Below the pieces are notes generated by a model. That model did not search any database and was not told where the DNA came from. It saw only the letters and a program-made list of their open reading frames with translations. 64,000 nucleotides of DNA from Callorhinchus milii (Eukaryota): the NCBI RefSeq assembly GCF_018977255.1, contig NW_024704749.1:19716001-19780000 (forward strand), written 5' to 3'. A program made the position numbers and the translations under genes. Of this stretch, positions 13,501-32,530 are shown one piece after another. The number at the start of each line of letters is the position of its first letter. Position 1 is the stretch's first letter.

Positions 13501-14953
13501 TATGACCAGCTGACCAAGAAACTACAGGAAGGTATGTCAGACGCCAGCACAGGCTTGGAGAGCCGTAGTAAAGTGCGTAGTCTAAAGGGTCCTGTAATGT
13601 ATGGAATGATGAGGTTCTCGCTTCACATTGGGGAATGTACTGCATCTCAGGGCAGTAGAGAGTCGCTCTCAAGCCCAGCTTCTCCCCACAGCAAGTCTCT
13701 GATTCTCAGCCAAGCTCTCAGCACAAGTCCAATGGTCTGAGGTGCAGGAGAGCCAGCCTGCCTCTCACCATAGGGAAGAGTCTGGCTTCTGCTGAGCCTG
13801 GCATTCATTCCCTGGTCATACTCCCTGGTGTTCAGTTACCTGTAACCCGATGGTGTTAGCCTGCTAGTGTGTCCTCTGCCGCTGCTCTCTCAGTAACTCT
13901 GATGTCCTTACTGTACAGGTTCCATATTTAAAGGCTTCCGAGAAGGCACTGTCCAGTTTCTACCAACTTACAAGTTCGATATCGGGTGTGACGTGTACGA
14001 CAGCAGCTCAAAGCAAAGGACTCCTTCCTACACAGTAAGCTACTGGACCCACCTATATCAAATGCAAGGATTATTAATGTTTGATGTGGCGCTGCATTAA
14101 CAAAATCATTATTTTGCACCTGTGGTGAGGCTGCTGGGGACTTGGTTGTAAACAATCGCGGACCCTGAACGCAGTTAGACATACACACACACAAGCGCTC
14201 GCATGAAAGTGCATATACTGAACACGTGCATTCACTGAGCACACACATACACTGAACATATATACACAGCGTATATTGAACACATGCACACACCGAACAG
14301 TCACGGTGGTAACGCACTGCCTTCACTTATCCCTCAGGATCGAGTTTTATATAAATGCCGTCACAAAGATGAAGTCCACATGGTTAAGTATGGATGTTGC
14401 CAGACGATTAAGACATCAGACCACAGGCCAGTGTATGGATGCTTTAAAGTGAAGTTGCGGCCTGGAAGAGACAAGTGAGTGACGTTCGCCTCCCCTCCCT
14501 TAATGCCCCCTTCCCCCACCATTGGTGGGGGCTCTACATCAAATCGGTTCCATGGCAACAGCAGTTCCTCCCCTCAAACCTCCCCAATTGGCCACCCTTC
14601 ACATGTCAGCCTGGATAGTGAGCTTTGGTTTCCATCCTTACAGAGGGAGGATCAGGGTCAACCTGTGCTCACCTAATGGCCACTCATGAACCATAAATAG
14701 TGGGAGTTTTTGCTGAAATATTCCCCCCTCTTATCCACTGTCCAGGGGACAACGTAACCCCTCAAGAGGCGTGTTCAGCTCCTGTAATGGGAGCACAATA
14801 GGTCATTCTATTCCCTCATTCGGTGTAAGCCACAGCCTATTCTATTCCTCTACACAGCTTCTACCTAGTGTCTGCCTCGCCCCTTCCACTTTTTTAACGG
14901 TGTTAACAGTTTCCTGTTAAACACATTCACACCCAGCTATCAGTTACCAGAGA

Positions 14954-14985
<32 letters not shown>

Positions 14986-15157
14986 GTGAAACAATATTGG
15001 ATGCTGACTGATGTTCACTGCCCACAGCATTCCTCTTGGTGCTGGCCAGTTTGAGAGGGAGATCTACCTGGAGGGAATCAAACGGCGATTCTCTCGAGAA
15101 ATGAGTAAACGATCTTCAAGAGCACAAAGAAACAGCGCGGTGTGTACAGTGTCATGA
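7576..15157 (+). CDS. INPP5E: Inositol polyphosphate-5-phosphatase E (ciliary phosphoinositide 5-phosphatase), 10 coding exons, ~641 aa (662 aa if the ATG at 7513 is used)
   Basis: Exons 7576(or 7513)-8381, 9853-9976, 10939-11036, 11354-11478, 12057-12176, 12426-12533, 13370-13531, 13919-14034, 14338-14474, 15028-15157, all GT-AG and in phase. Motifs include [52 protein letters not shown] and a terminal CaaX (CTVS*). Confidence 0.96.
8700..9010 (+). mobile_element. L2 LINE ORF2 3' fragment
   Basis: Translates SRLDFS...[16 protein letters not shown]...[21 protein letters not shown], typical of the L2 ORF2 C-terminus. Similar fragments at 29300-29430(-), 34425-34810(+), 35440-35720(-), 57570-57860(+) and 58970-59130(+). 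Confidence 0.8.
12815..13210 (+). mobile_element. Older DeuSINE (SacSINE1/AmnSINE-like) copy
   Basis: GGTTCAAGCCCC B-box-like motif, then GTTAAAC...CCCTGTCTG...TTCAGGTG...GTTAAAGATCCCATGGCAC and the shared tail. Related fragments at ~590-680, 5130-5360(-), 11160-11270 and 19740-19870(-). Family assignment is from memory. Confidence 0.65.
14958..14983. repeat. (GT)n microsatellite
   Basis: Uninterrupted GT run in the last INPP5E intron. Confidence 0.9.
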
Positions 15158-15493
15158 TGACAGCCCTATACGGGAGGTACCGTGTAGCTCCCGCTGGGAG
15201 AGCGTGGCCGGAGCCCAGAGGTCGCCGAGAATCTGCCGACTTTACGGGATGGTGTTCTTTGGCCGGAACCAGAATTGGAATCTCTAACCTCTTCCCAGCG
15301 GCCCCCAGCCAGGCAGCGTTAGCAGAGCTGGGAGATTCCGTAAGTCAGGACTATAATCAGCCATGTACAAATCTGTTCCCTTAATTACCATTTTTGTTCC
15401 AAGAAATAATTTATTGTTGTTTGTCTGACCCCACCCAACTCCCACCCTTCAGTATTTAGAGAACATTAAACGTGTTTTGTACCAATGTTAATG

Positions 15494-15499
15494 AATAAA
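15494..15499 (+). terminator. Candidate INPP5E polyadenylation signal (AATAAA)
   Basis: AATAAA about 340 nt after the stop, with an ATTAAA shortly upstream. Confidence 0.5.
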
Positions 15500-15704
15500 C
15501 TGGACTCTGCAGATGGGGAGGCAGCTTCCACAAAGCGTCCCTAAAACCCAAGTTGAGAGAGAGGGAGTGCTGGAGGGACCGAGCACCTGTGAGTTCCTGG
15601 CTTGCGTGGTGCACACCCCTCGTGGCTTGTATGGTCCTGCATTGTGCACAATGCCATTCCTCACAGCCGTCATTGCCTTGTGTTGGCATGTTTCGCCTTG
15701 GACG

Positions 15705-16095
15705 CGCTTGTAGGATCAAGTCCCATGTCTGGACTTGGAATCACAGTCTTAAGGTGAGACTGCGATGCAGTGCTGGAGGTGGGGGGGGGGGTTCTGCATT
15801 GCCAGAGGTGCTGTCCTTCGGATGAGAAGCTAAACCTGTCTGCCCGCTCAGGTGGACGTTGACAATCTCGTGGCACTATTTGAAAAGAGAAGGAGGTTTC
15901 TCTCTCCTGGTGTGCTGGCCAACCATTCCCCAAAATAAAATGGGTCATTTGTTTCATAACTGTTTATAGGACATTAAGTGTCACATTTGTTTACAAAAAC
16001 ACACAGACACTACACTTTACATTAAATCCTGTGAAGCACTTTAAGATGTCCTCCCAACATGAAAGGCACTGTACCAAGTGTAAGGATTATTATTA
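15705..16095 (+). mobile_element. Older DeuSINE copy between the convergent INPP5E and PMPCA 3' ends
   Basis: CTGCCCGCTCAGGTGGACGTTGACAATCTCGTGGCACTATTTGAAAAGAG core and AAGGATTATTATT tail; homologous to 12815-13210. Confidence 0.65.
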
Positions 16096-16635
16096 TTAAT
16101 ACCTGCACTTGCTCTGTACCTGCATGGGTCAGTCAGCATGCCCTGATCAGACAATGTTGGGGCTTATGTTGCTTAAGGAATGAAAATTATTCACTCCTCT
16201 CAAAAGGGGCATTAACCCCTTGTGTACTGTAGTTGTTTGGGTGTTAGCCTGGCTCAGTGGGTAGCACTTTTGTTCTCCCAAGTCCCAAGTATATCAGGCC
16301 TCTTGAGTCAAAGTCATGGCTAAGACCCAGGTCGGTCCGCACCTTTGAGAGGAAGAGGGAGAGAAAGCAGAGGCAGTTGCTGTGAGTGTGGGGTGGCGGA
16401 GAGAGGTCGCCATCACGATCGTCACACACAACAGTTAATCGTTTTAACGGTCATTTTAAAAATAAAAAATACCAATCTGTGCAATACCCTTCCCTAGTTA
16501 TAGACTGTTCCCCCTCCCCTCACAGACATGGCTACCAAGTGAGAGACACTCATTTTAAAGGATTACAAAAGGTTGCTTTTACAGCCTTTGTTTAAAAAGG
16601 AGCCCCTGACCCGCTCGGCGTTCATGCCCCCGAGT

Positions 16636-24191
<7,556 letters not shown>

Positions 24192-24339
24192 CTTTGCCGC
24201 CGGTGACCTTCCTCCCCCCAAAGCGGGGGAACTGCTTCCGGGGCGGCGAGCACTTCCGGCGGCGGCGGAAGTGAAGCAGAGCAACAACAGAGCCGCCCCA
24301 ATTGCCTCGGAGCCCGGGAGGGAGGGGGGCGGCGGGGCC

Positions 24340-24478
24340 ATGAGCGGCCCGGAGAGCGGCCTCCCCGCCGGCCAGGGTGAGCGACAGCCTCGCTGCCCCC
24401 CCCCCCCCCCCGGGGCTGGGGGGGATTTAATGTAAAATAATGCTGTGTGTGAGTCGGGCTCTCAGTGCGACTGACTCC

Positions 24479-24509
<31 letters not shown>

Positions 24510-27500
24510 AGGCACAATGTTGTGGGCGGTTCAAACCGCCCCCTTGGGATTTGGGATCACTTCACAGCGATAACCTTCGATACCGCGCCTCATCAGCGCC
24601 TCCTCCGAGACGCCTCAAAGCGCTTCACCGGATATACCGTGAAGCGAACTGACTTCCGATGGCAGCGCGCCGCGCGCCGCTCGGTGTGTTTCGCGGCCCT
24701 CCCACGCACGACCGGCTGTCCGCGTTTCACCCACAGAAGGCGCAGTCGCTGCGCTTTACGCTGTACTCTGTGAAGCACTTTGAGACGACTCAGCGAAGCG
24801 GTTTCAGTTGGTCAGAATCCAGCAGTTACCGCAGGGCGCACTCTGTGTGGGGGGGGGGGTCCCCAAACCTCGGCTCTCATCAACCCGTGCCCCAATCCTC
24901 TCTGGATTTAGGGAATCGGGATGCATTCTCCCGGGGACAGAGTGCACATTCCATTTCCAGACAAAGGGAAATGTCTATGTGTCGGTGGCGTACACAGGAA
25001 CTTTCAGCCTGGCTTCTAGAAGCATAGTGATGGGCTTCCTTCCGCGTGTTTCAGACACCTTCGCCGACCCAAAAATAGTGGGTGAGAACTGAGCAGATTG
25101 AGCATTTGAGTGGTGTTTAAATACATTTTTCCGACTTGGAATCTATTGTCAAGTTTTTGAAGCACAAACATTGGAAGGATTTGGGGGCTCTTAAGTTCAG
25201 AGCGCTCATATGGATGGGCCCATTCTCATTTTAAACTGTCAATGTACTGTTTGCAATAATTTCACTGCAGTATTGGAACTAAAGCAACAAAAGGATAAAT
25301 ATTATGGAAGGAAAGTTGGACAACTTTGAACAAGTGTTTGTGTAGGTAATGTTGTTGGGCTTATGGTTGAGACGTGACATTTTTTTCTCAAAATGGTCCA
25401 ATCCATTTGTGGGCAGAGTTTGAGACAACCTTTCTAATAACTGACATCCTACCAGATAGAGGCAGTAATGTCCTCCAGAAATGTTAGACATCAGGATTCA
25501 GGGGAGGTGTTTCTGAGCCTTGCAAAAATCCTTGCAAAGTCCCCACTTTGCATTTCAGTTCAAATCAATAATAATAATAATACTTCTTGCATTTGATATA
25601 GTGCCTTGTCAGGTCATACGATGTAGACTTGTTGCAAAGTTCCAGAACATCTCAGAATTTTAGGTCCATGGGTGAGTTTGTAAATCAGGCTTGTGAGATT
25701 TACTCCCAATTTGGGATATCCACATGAGTTGAAAATCCAAGAATTGACAAACCATTCTGTTTTAAAATGTAACAGACACTGGTAACACGTCCAATAACTG
25801 CTCGGACTGTAAAAGCTCAGGGTCGGGAGGAAGGCAGAAAGGCCGAAAGCAAAAAGTAAGGGATTGAAGATTACACAACCCAAAACCCTGAGCAGAAGCG
25901 ACCCCACAAAGGTACAAAACCAGGGGCACCAAGCTGCAAACAGTTAGGACAGGTTCAGAGATAGGAGTTTACACTTCATTATGCACCTGACCAGCGTCTT
26001 GGGACTTGCTCGCAATGTGAAAAGCACTATACAAATGTGAATTTATATTTTATTGTATCATTGCCATACAAGCTTATTGCAGAAGGCCTTGCTGGACACT
26101 TGTGCTATTGGTAGCTCTAGAAGGTTGCGAACGGCTAAATCAAGCTTGGAAGTGGAGTTATACCAGCCCAGCAAAAGTGGTTGCTATATATGCGCCCCCC
26201 CACCCCATTAAAAGGTCAGTGTGTGGACATTAGGAGCTGTGCTGTTCCTCCATGGACAAATACTCTCACGAACTGGGTGCACACGTGAAAACTTGGGTGC
26301 TGAGGAGAGGAGGGAAGGAAAAGCAGCGTTTTCTGAATGAGAGAGAACTAATCACCCTGTTTTATTGATGTCTCTTATTGCAGATGATCAAGAGGGGGAT
26401 CCTGATGAAACCAACCCTTTCTCCTTTAAGGAATTTATCAAGACAAAGAGTCAATCAGTGACAAAAGAAAAAGAAAGAAAACGGCAGACACCAAAGGTGC
26501 AGAACCAGTTCTTTATAAACTATCAAATGTTTGCTAATAAAGCCATTATTGGGTCTAAAATACAAACCTCTCCACGCAGCCATCCTCAACAGTCCTCCTC
26601 AAGCTCACTAACCACCCTCACCAATCTCCATTGGATCTCAGCACCACAGTGGGTCGACTGTAAAAACGCTTTACAACCTTATCCCTTCCCACTCACGCAT
26701 TATGCTGTGGTTTACTGCTCATTCCTCTCCCTTCTTTCCACCAAGAATGACCAAGCCTTCAGCTACAACACCCCATTAGATCTCTCTTCTCCCCCCCCCC
26801 CCCAATTTGCCCCCAAATCCATTTGCTTCTCACCCTCTTTCCACATCTTGAACACCCTCTTAAGAGAAAACCCTCTTAACACCCTTAAGTTTCCCGTCCT
26901 ATCTTCCCTTTTGATCTTCCACCTCTGGCACTTTCTTATCTCCACAGAAGATCTCCTCCACTGTGGGGGCAGCCTCCCATAGGGTCTGCATGGCCTCCAA
27001 AGGGCTGAGCCTGAAGCTGCCTTTCCGGGGGCACTGTTCCCCAGACCCAATGGAGCACAGCCCATCACTGGACGAGGACGAGGACGACTGGAGTGAAGCG
27101 TATCAGCCGGCGGCGATCGAGGTCGCCCACGATCTGTGCCAAGCTTCCTTCACGTCTCTGTTGCTGAGCAGCAAAGAGCCGGTACAGCAAGTCCGCCCGC
27201 AATACATCCTCTCTGAATGGGAGGTGGACGATGAGGAGGAGGAAGAGGAGAAAGTTAACGATGATGGGGATGCTCCGGTGCAGCAGTACGATTTGGACGG
27301 GGAGGTCCTTTATCAAACACAATTCTTAAACGACGAGAAAGTAGGTTTATTTCTCAGTTAGCAGCATTTTGCTTGGAGTCACCTTTGCTGAAGTTCCTTT
27401 CTTTCACCCGCCACCCGTATATGACTTTCAGTGCCTTGGGACGTCCTCCTGACGTGAAAGGCGCTTTATAAATGGAATCTTGTTGTTGTTGTTGTATACC

Positions 27501-30500
27501 ACATCATCTTGAAGCTGCTGCAGTAGCTGGGGGACAGTTCCACAGACACTGGGCACCCTGGGACCTCACTCAAGTTGCCCTTTGTGTATAAGCCCACAGT
27601 AGTGGGGAACGTGGAGGGAGCATTGCAGCCCAGCTTGATCCTGACTGTACTCAATTCCCAGCTCCAGAGGGCACTGGTCACTGACTGTATTCATATACTC
27701 TTGACTTCAGTTTCAAAGATTTATTGTCTTGTAAGAATGTCAGACTCTTCCACTTTGAAACGCTTTGGGATTCTACAGAGCCCTTCACAGAGCGTGAAGG
27801 CTGCTATATAAATACAAGCTGTTGTTGTTCTGCACTACCAGTAATTTCATTCTCTGAGCCAATAGATGTGACCAGCTGAATTGTATAATAAAATGGGAAT
27901 ATTGAATTGATATATTGAAGTGGGAGTATTGAATTGAATTGATGTGTGTCGAAACCAGTTTTCAGCTAATGCTCTTTCCTCTTGTCCTGCTGTCAGCTGA
28001 AGGAAGAAAACACTCGGCTTCGGATGCAGATAAAGGAGGCGAAACGACTGGTTAAAGATCATGCAAAGAAGTACGAATATAGGAGTCCTTATTGTAATTG
28101 TGTTCAGCAAAGGCTGCCAAACTTTTTATCTAAGCAGTCAATGTCCATATTCCTTAAAATCAGACTTTTATAATTGTCTATTGCAGATGGGAAACATCAT
28201 TTGCTGCAGGATATTTCAGTGGGGCCTGTGGGATGAACTGAAATGCTGCAGTGTGTATCCACTAGAGGGAATACCACTATATGGACAGCTCACTTGGAGC
28301 CTCTTGTGGGACAATCGTAGCAATGTACAATACCAGAATACAATTTGGAGTCCTGTAGCTCAGTGGTTAGAGCACTCGCCTCACAAGCGAAAGGCCTGGG
28401 TTCGATTCCCAGCAGGGTGAAACCTTGGGCAAGTTTCCTTACTCCACACGCCTGATAATAATCCTTCAAAAAAAAATTGGTCACTTCAATGCACAACTGT
28501 TTGTGGGACACTGATGTGCGCAACTGGCTGCCGCGTTTCACCCACAAATATACAGTCAATTCACTTTACAGTATATTCTGTGAATCGCTTTGAGACATCT
28601 AGAAGACTTGAAAAAGCACTATATCAAATGCAAGGATTATTACCAATTGAAATCTAAATGTCATAAGTCTTGATGTTGCCAAGTCTATAAAAAGTCCCAT
28701 TCCCCCTTACCCTGCATTGTGTTTGACACCAGGGAGAAACATGGTTACCGTCACCAACTTGCTCTTCATATAAGGAGGGGATATGGAGCCAGGTTACAGC
28801 ATGTATTGGGGCTCGGGAAGGGATTTGTTTTTGCTGATTGTAACTGACGACTTTGGTTAAAATCCTCAGGGCCAGGAAGCTGGAGGCCGAGCTGGAGAGT
28901 AGGAAGATCAAAGAGGAAAAGGAGACTCGAGCCTTGGAATCCATGGTTCAGCAAGTGGAACAGAACCTACAGCTCATGACGGTACAAGCGTGTGCTGTGT
29001 GTTTGTGTGTATGTGTGTGTGCATGTGCGTGTGCTTGTCTATGCCGACTAGGCAAATACGCAACTTGACAGCTTGTGCGCTGTGTGCTTGACTGACTGAA
29101 TGCATGTGAGCATATGTGTCTGCCCAAGGGCACAGGTGTGTGACCATCAGCATGAGTGAATTGAACACGTGCACCCATGGGCTCAACCATGGGTTACTTG
29201 CAGGTTGGTGGAGTTGACCTCTGAGAGCGGAGTTCAGATAACTCTTGCTCTGACCCCTGACGCTGGCAGAACACCTGCCCATTCCTGGGAAAACACCGAT
29301 GGTGGGGGCGGCAGTGGAGCCGGGCGAGGAGAGGGGTGATAGGTTCACGGAGCTTGGTGCGGGAGAGGACAGAGTTCTGAATGATCTGCAGCTTGCGGAG
29401 GGAAGAGTTGGGAAGTCCGACAAGCAGCCTGAGTAAAGCATCCCGTCTCTCTGTGTGTTTCAGAAACAAGCTGCAAAAGCTGAAAACATTGTGGGGAAGT
29501 TGAAACAAGAACTCGCAGTCGTCCAGGTGAGAAAATCAACCCGAGACTCCGCTAGAGTGCCTCAGAATATAGTGTAACGGCTTTCGGGGTTAGTTATCCA
29601 GTGACTACCTGCTGGCAGCCGCGTGTGCATTTGGGGTGAAGACAAAAACGAGCTCGGATGTAATTTCCACCTTTGGTTGAATAGCTTTGTGGTGGGGGGA
29701 CGGAGTGTAACATCCTGTTTGCTAAAGCTAATGGGTATTTTGTTTGGCGCTGATGATATTTCCCATTTTAAATGTGGAAAGTTTCCTTGTGATTAAACGC
29801 ACCCTTGAACAATGGAATCTGGACCCCCCACCCACCCACCCAGCAGAATACAGTTCATTCAGGAGAAGAGAGAGAATTTCTAGCTGGGGAAATTAAAAGT
29901 TTTTGACTTTATTCTCCTCATTGTCTTTTCCCGTGGTATTTAAATATCGATTGCCCCCCCCAAAGAAAATCCATAAGAAAGTATTAGAATTGAGAAATAT
30001 CGCAATTTGCACCAATGTCAGGAGCTAAAATGCGTTTGGTAAGTTACCACAATACTGCTACACTGCCCCACCTCCAGTTTTCTTGTCTCCTGACGGCACT
30101 GATGTGCCCATGTGGGTGTGAGTGCAAATTGCTCGTGTTAATGTGGCTTGTGTTTGTCAGAATCAACGGGACCAGTACAAGATTGAGAACGAGAGGCTAC
30201 GGCATGCGGATTCCGAGGCTCTCAATACAGCAAAGACCAATGCTCGAGTGGCATCCACGTATCTCAGGAAGACGACACAAGATGCAGAGACCTCTGTAAA
30301 GTAAGAAAGTCCCAGTTCAATTCCCATTTTGCACTGAGCTTACTCAATAATTGACACTTTCACACTTCAGCCGATATTTGAGAGCAGAAAGGAAAGGGGT
30401 GAGGTGGAGGGATTTGGGACTCATCTCAACCAGGAACTAATCCCTTCAAAAATATAATAATAATAATTGGATTACTCAATCCACGACTGTTTGTGGGACA

Positions 30501-30887
30501 CTGCTATGCACAAATTGGCTGCCGTGTTTAGCCCACAGGGAGCAAAATATACAGTCACTACACTGTACAGTGTATTCTGTGAAGCGCTTTGAGATGTCTC
30601 AACAATGTGATAAGGCGCTGCATCATATGCAAGGATTATTATTATATACAGGATTTTGTAGAGGTCACTTTGAAAGGGAGAGAAGAGAGGGAAGTGGGAG
30701 TATGGAAGAGAGTCAGCACACAACAATGGGCTGAAAGGCCTTTGGTGCACGGTTCTCTGATTCTCGTTTGCTTTTCAGACAGCTGCTTTCGGGAGCAGAG
30801 ACACTGCGGCTAGTGTCTGACCTACTCCGGTCTGTCGACAGAATATCAGAGCTACAGCCTCAGGACAAAGAGAGTGAGCAGAGCTGA
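24340..30887 (+). CDS. ENTR1: Endosome-associated trafficking regulator 1 (SDCCAG3), 8 coding exons, ~346 aa
   Basis: Exons 24340-24376, 26384-26496, 26948-27340, 27997-28070, 28870-28981, 29464-29526, 30161-30300, 30779-30887 (1041 nt, in frame). Motifs NPFSFKEFIKTK, WSEAYQPAAIE, LESMVQQVEQNLQLMT and QLLSGAETLRLVSDLLRSVDRISE match ENTR1. The first exon is inferred. Confidence 0.93.
24478..24509. repeat. Compound (CT)n(GT)n microsatellite
   Basis: Directly visible in ENTR1 intron 1. Confidence 0.9.
28347..28642 (+). mobile_element. Full-length tRNA-derived Deu-type SINE
   Basis: TAGCTCAGTGG A box and GGTTCGATTCC B box, with the same body and AAATGCAAGGATTATT tail as the other copies. Confidence 0.85.
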
Positions 30888-31883
30888 GGCACAAGGACCA
30901 GACCCCAAATCCTTCTCGGCATCATTCTGCCCTCACCCAGCTCCTCTTACTCCTGTTTACCAGCGATCATTTGTGGGTGTCAAATTGAACATTTGCCCGA
31001 CTGCTTTCTTTTTTTCAATCCACCAGTTTATTCTAATTCTCTTAATTTTCCTATGTTTTCCTTTACCTTCTGAACATACTCCTGATGGTAAAGCGGAACG
31101 TTTCACAGCTTTTCCTGGCAGGGTGATGCTGATCAAAAATCTGATCAATAATAGTTGTGATCCTTCCTCCCCCACCTCCACCTCCCTTCCTCTCTGGTAG
31201 TGTAACCAGGAGGGTTACAGATCTGTGGTGTTAACTGATCTCAGTCGGGCAGAAGTTGGGGCCACAAGGGTCGCTGGGAGATCAGCCAGGATTCCCGCTG
31301 CGGATCACTATCCAGAACCTCCCTTGTGTGTGGACATGCACCTTCCAGGAGGTTAGAATGGGCCCTCCATGGTCAAAAAGCTTCCCCAGGTTAACTGCCA
31401 AGACTCACACATGGAGGATAGCAACTTGGGAGAGCGTCTATCAACTGTACCACTCTTCAATTACCTTACACCTCGAATTGCCTAACCATCGCCTGAAAGA
31501 AATCGTCAGTGCAGCTGTGTTTTATTATATTCGTGTTTTACATTTTAAATATGGATTAATGGACATTCACTTTTAATAATGTAATGGAAGATCGGTTAGA
31601 GATTGCATTATTGATTCTAAATTATGGTAATGCCCTTTAGTTATTTTTATGAGTGCACGAGCAGGTTAGGGCTTTGAGGCGTGTCCACTCTATCCCTCCT
31701 ATTCTCCTGCAGTTTCCTCCCCCTCCTCCCCAATCTGCACAGCTGCCCTCCCACCTCATCAGATGGAAACCCATTTCATTTGACTGAAGAAACTCTACTT
31801 TTTTAAAATAAGATTGAAAGATCGATGCAGTGGGGATTCTGGAATAATTGAACTAATTTATAATTCTCAATAACTTTATAGAA

Positions 31884-31889
31884 AATAAA
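31884..31889 (+). terminator. Candidate ENTR1 polyadenylation signal (AATAAA)
   Basis: AATAAA about 1 kb after the ENTR1 stop and just before the G-rich tract. Confidence 0.55.
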
Positions 31890-31937
31890 AATGAAGGGAA
31901 CTTGCGTTTCCGCAGTTGAAGTATTCATCATTCAGAA

Positions 31938-32410
31938 GTGTGGGGGGGTGAGGGGTGGGGGGGGGTTACGGGGGAGGTAGGGTGGGGGGGGATGTCAGGG
32001 TAGGGGTTGGGGTGAGGGGGGGGTTGGGGGGAGGGGGGTTGGGGTGAGGGGGGGTTGGGGGAGGGGGGTTGGGGGAGGGGGGGTTGGGGGGGGGGGGGTT
32101 GGGGTGAGGGGGGGTTGGGGGAGGGGGGGTGGGGGAGGGGGGGGGGGGGTTGGGGGTGAGGGGGGGTTGGGGGGAGGGGGGGGGGGGGGGGGGTTGGGGG
32201 GGGATTGGGGGAGTGGGGGGGGGGGTGGGGGGGGGGGGGGGGGGGGGTGGGGGGGGGGGGGGGTTGGGGGAGGGGGGGGTTGGGGGTGAGGGGGGGTTGG
32301 GGGAGGGGGGGGTTGGGGTGAGGGGGGGTTGGGGGGAGGGGGGGGTTGGGGGTGAGGGGGGGTTGGGGTGAGGGGGGGGGGGGGGGTTGGGGGGGGGAGG
32401 GGTTGGGGGG
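31938..32410 (+). repeat. G-rich degenerate tandem repeat (G-runs separated by TT, TGA or A) with strong G-quadruplex potential
   Basis: About 470 nt composed almost entirely of G-runs, e.g. GGGGGTTGGGGGTGAGGGGGG. Confidence 0.95.
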
Positions 32411-32530
32411 AGAATCGCTTCTTCTGAACCCGAGTGGGAAGTTGACGACGTGACGTCAGAGAGGGACCGGAAGTGCCTGAAACCAGGGAGACGCGCTGCG
32501 GAGCGCGCATGCGCGGGACTGGGGACCAGC
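32411..32530 (+). promoter_or_regulatory. SNAPC4 core promoter (CRE, GABP/ETS and NRF1-type motifs)
   Basis: TGACGTCA at 32451-32458, CCGGAAGTG at 32467-32475 and GCGCATGCGC at 32505-32514, immediately before the ATG at 32531. Confidence 0.75.

Noticed and set aside
26365-26982. 205-aa ORF
   Set aside because: Only 26384-26496 is an ENTR1 exon; the rest is intronic read-through.
28347-28420. tRNA-like sequence with A and B boxes (also at 22510-22579, 42541, 56841, 59572)
   Set aside because: Acceptor stems are not properly paired, anticodon positions vary, and each continues into a SINE body and tail. These are SINE heads, not tRNA genes.
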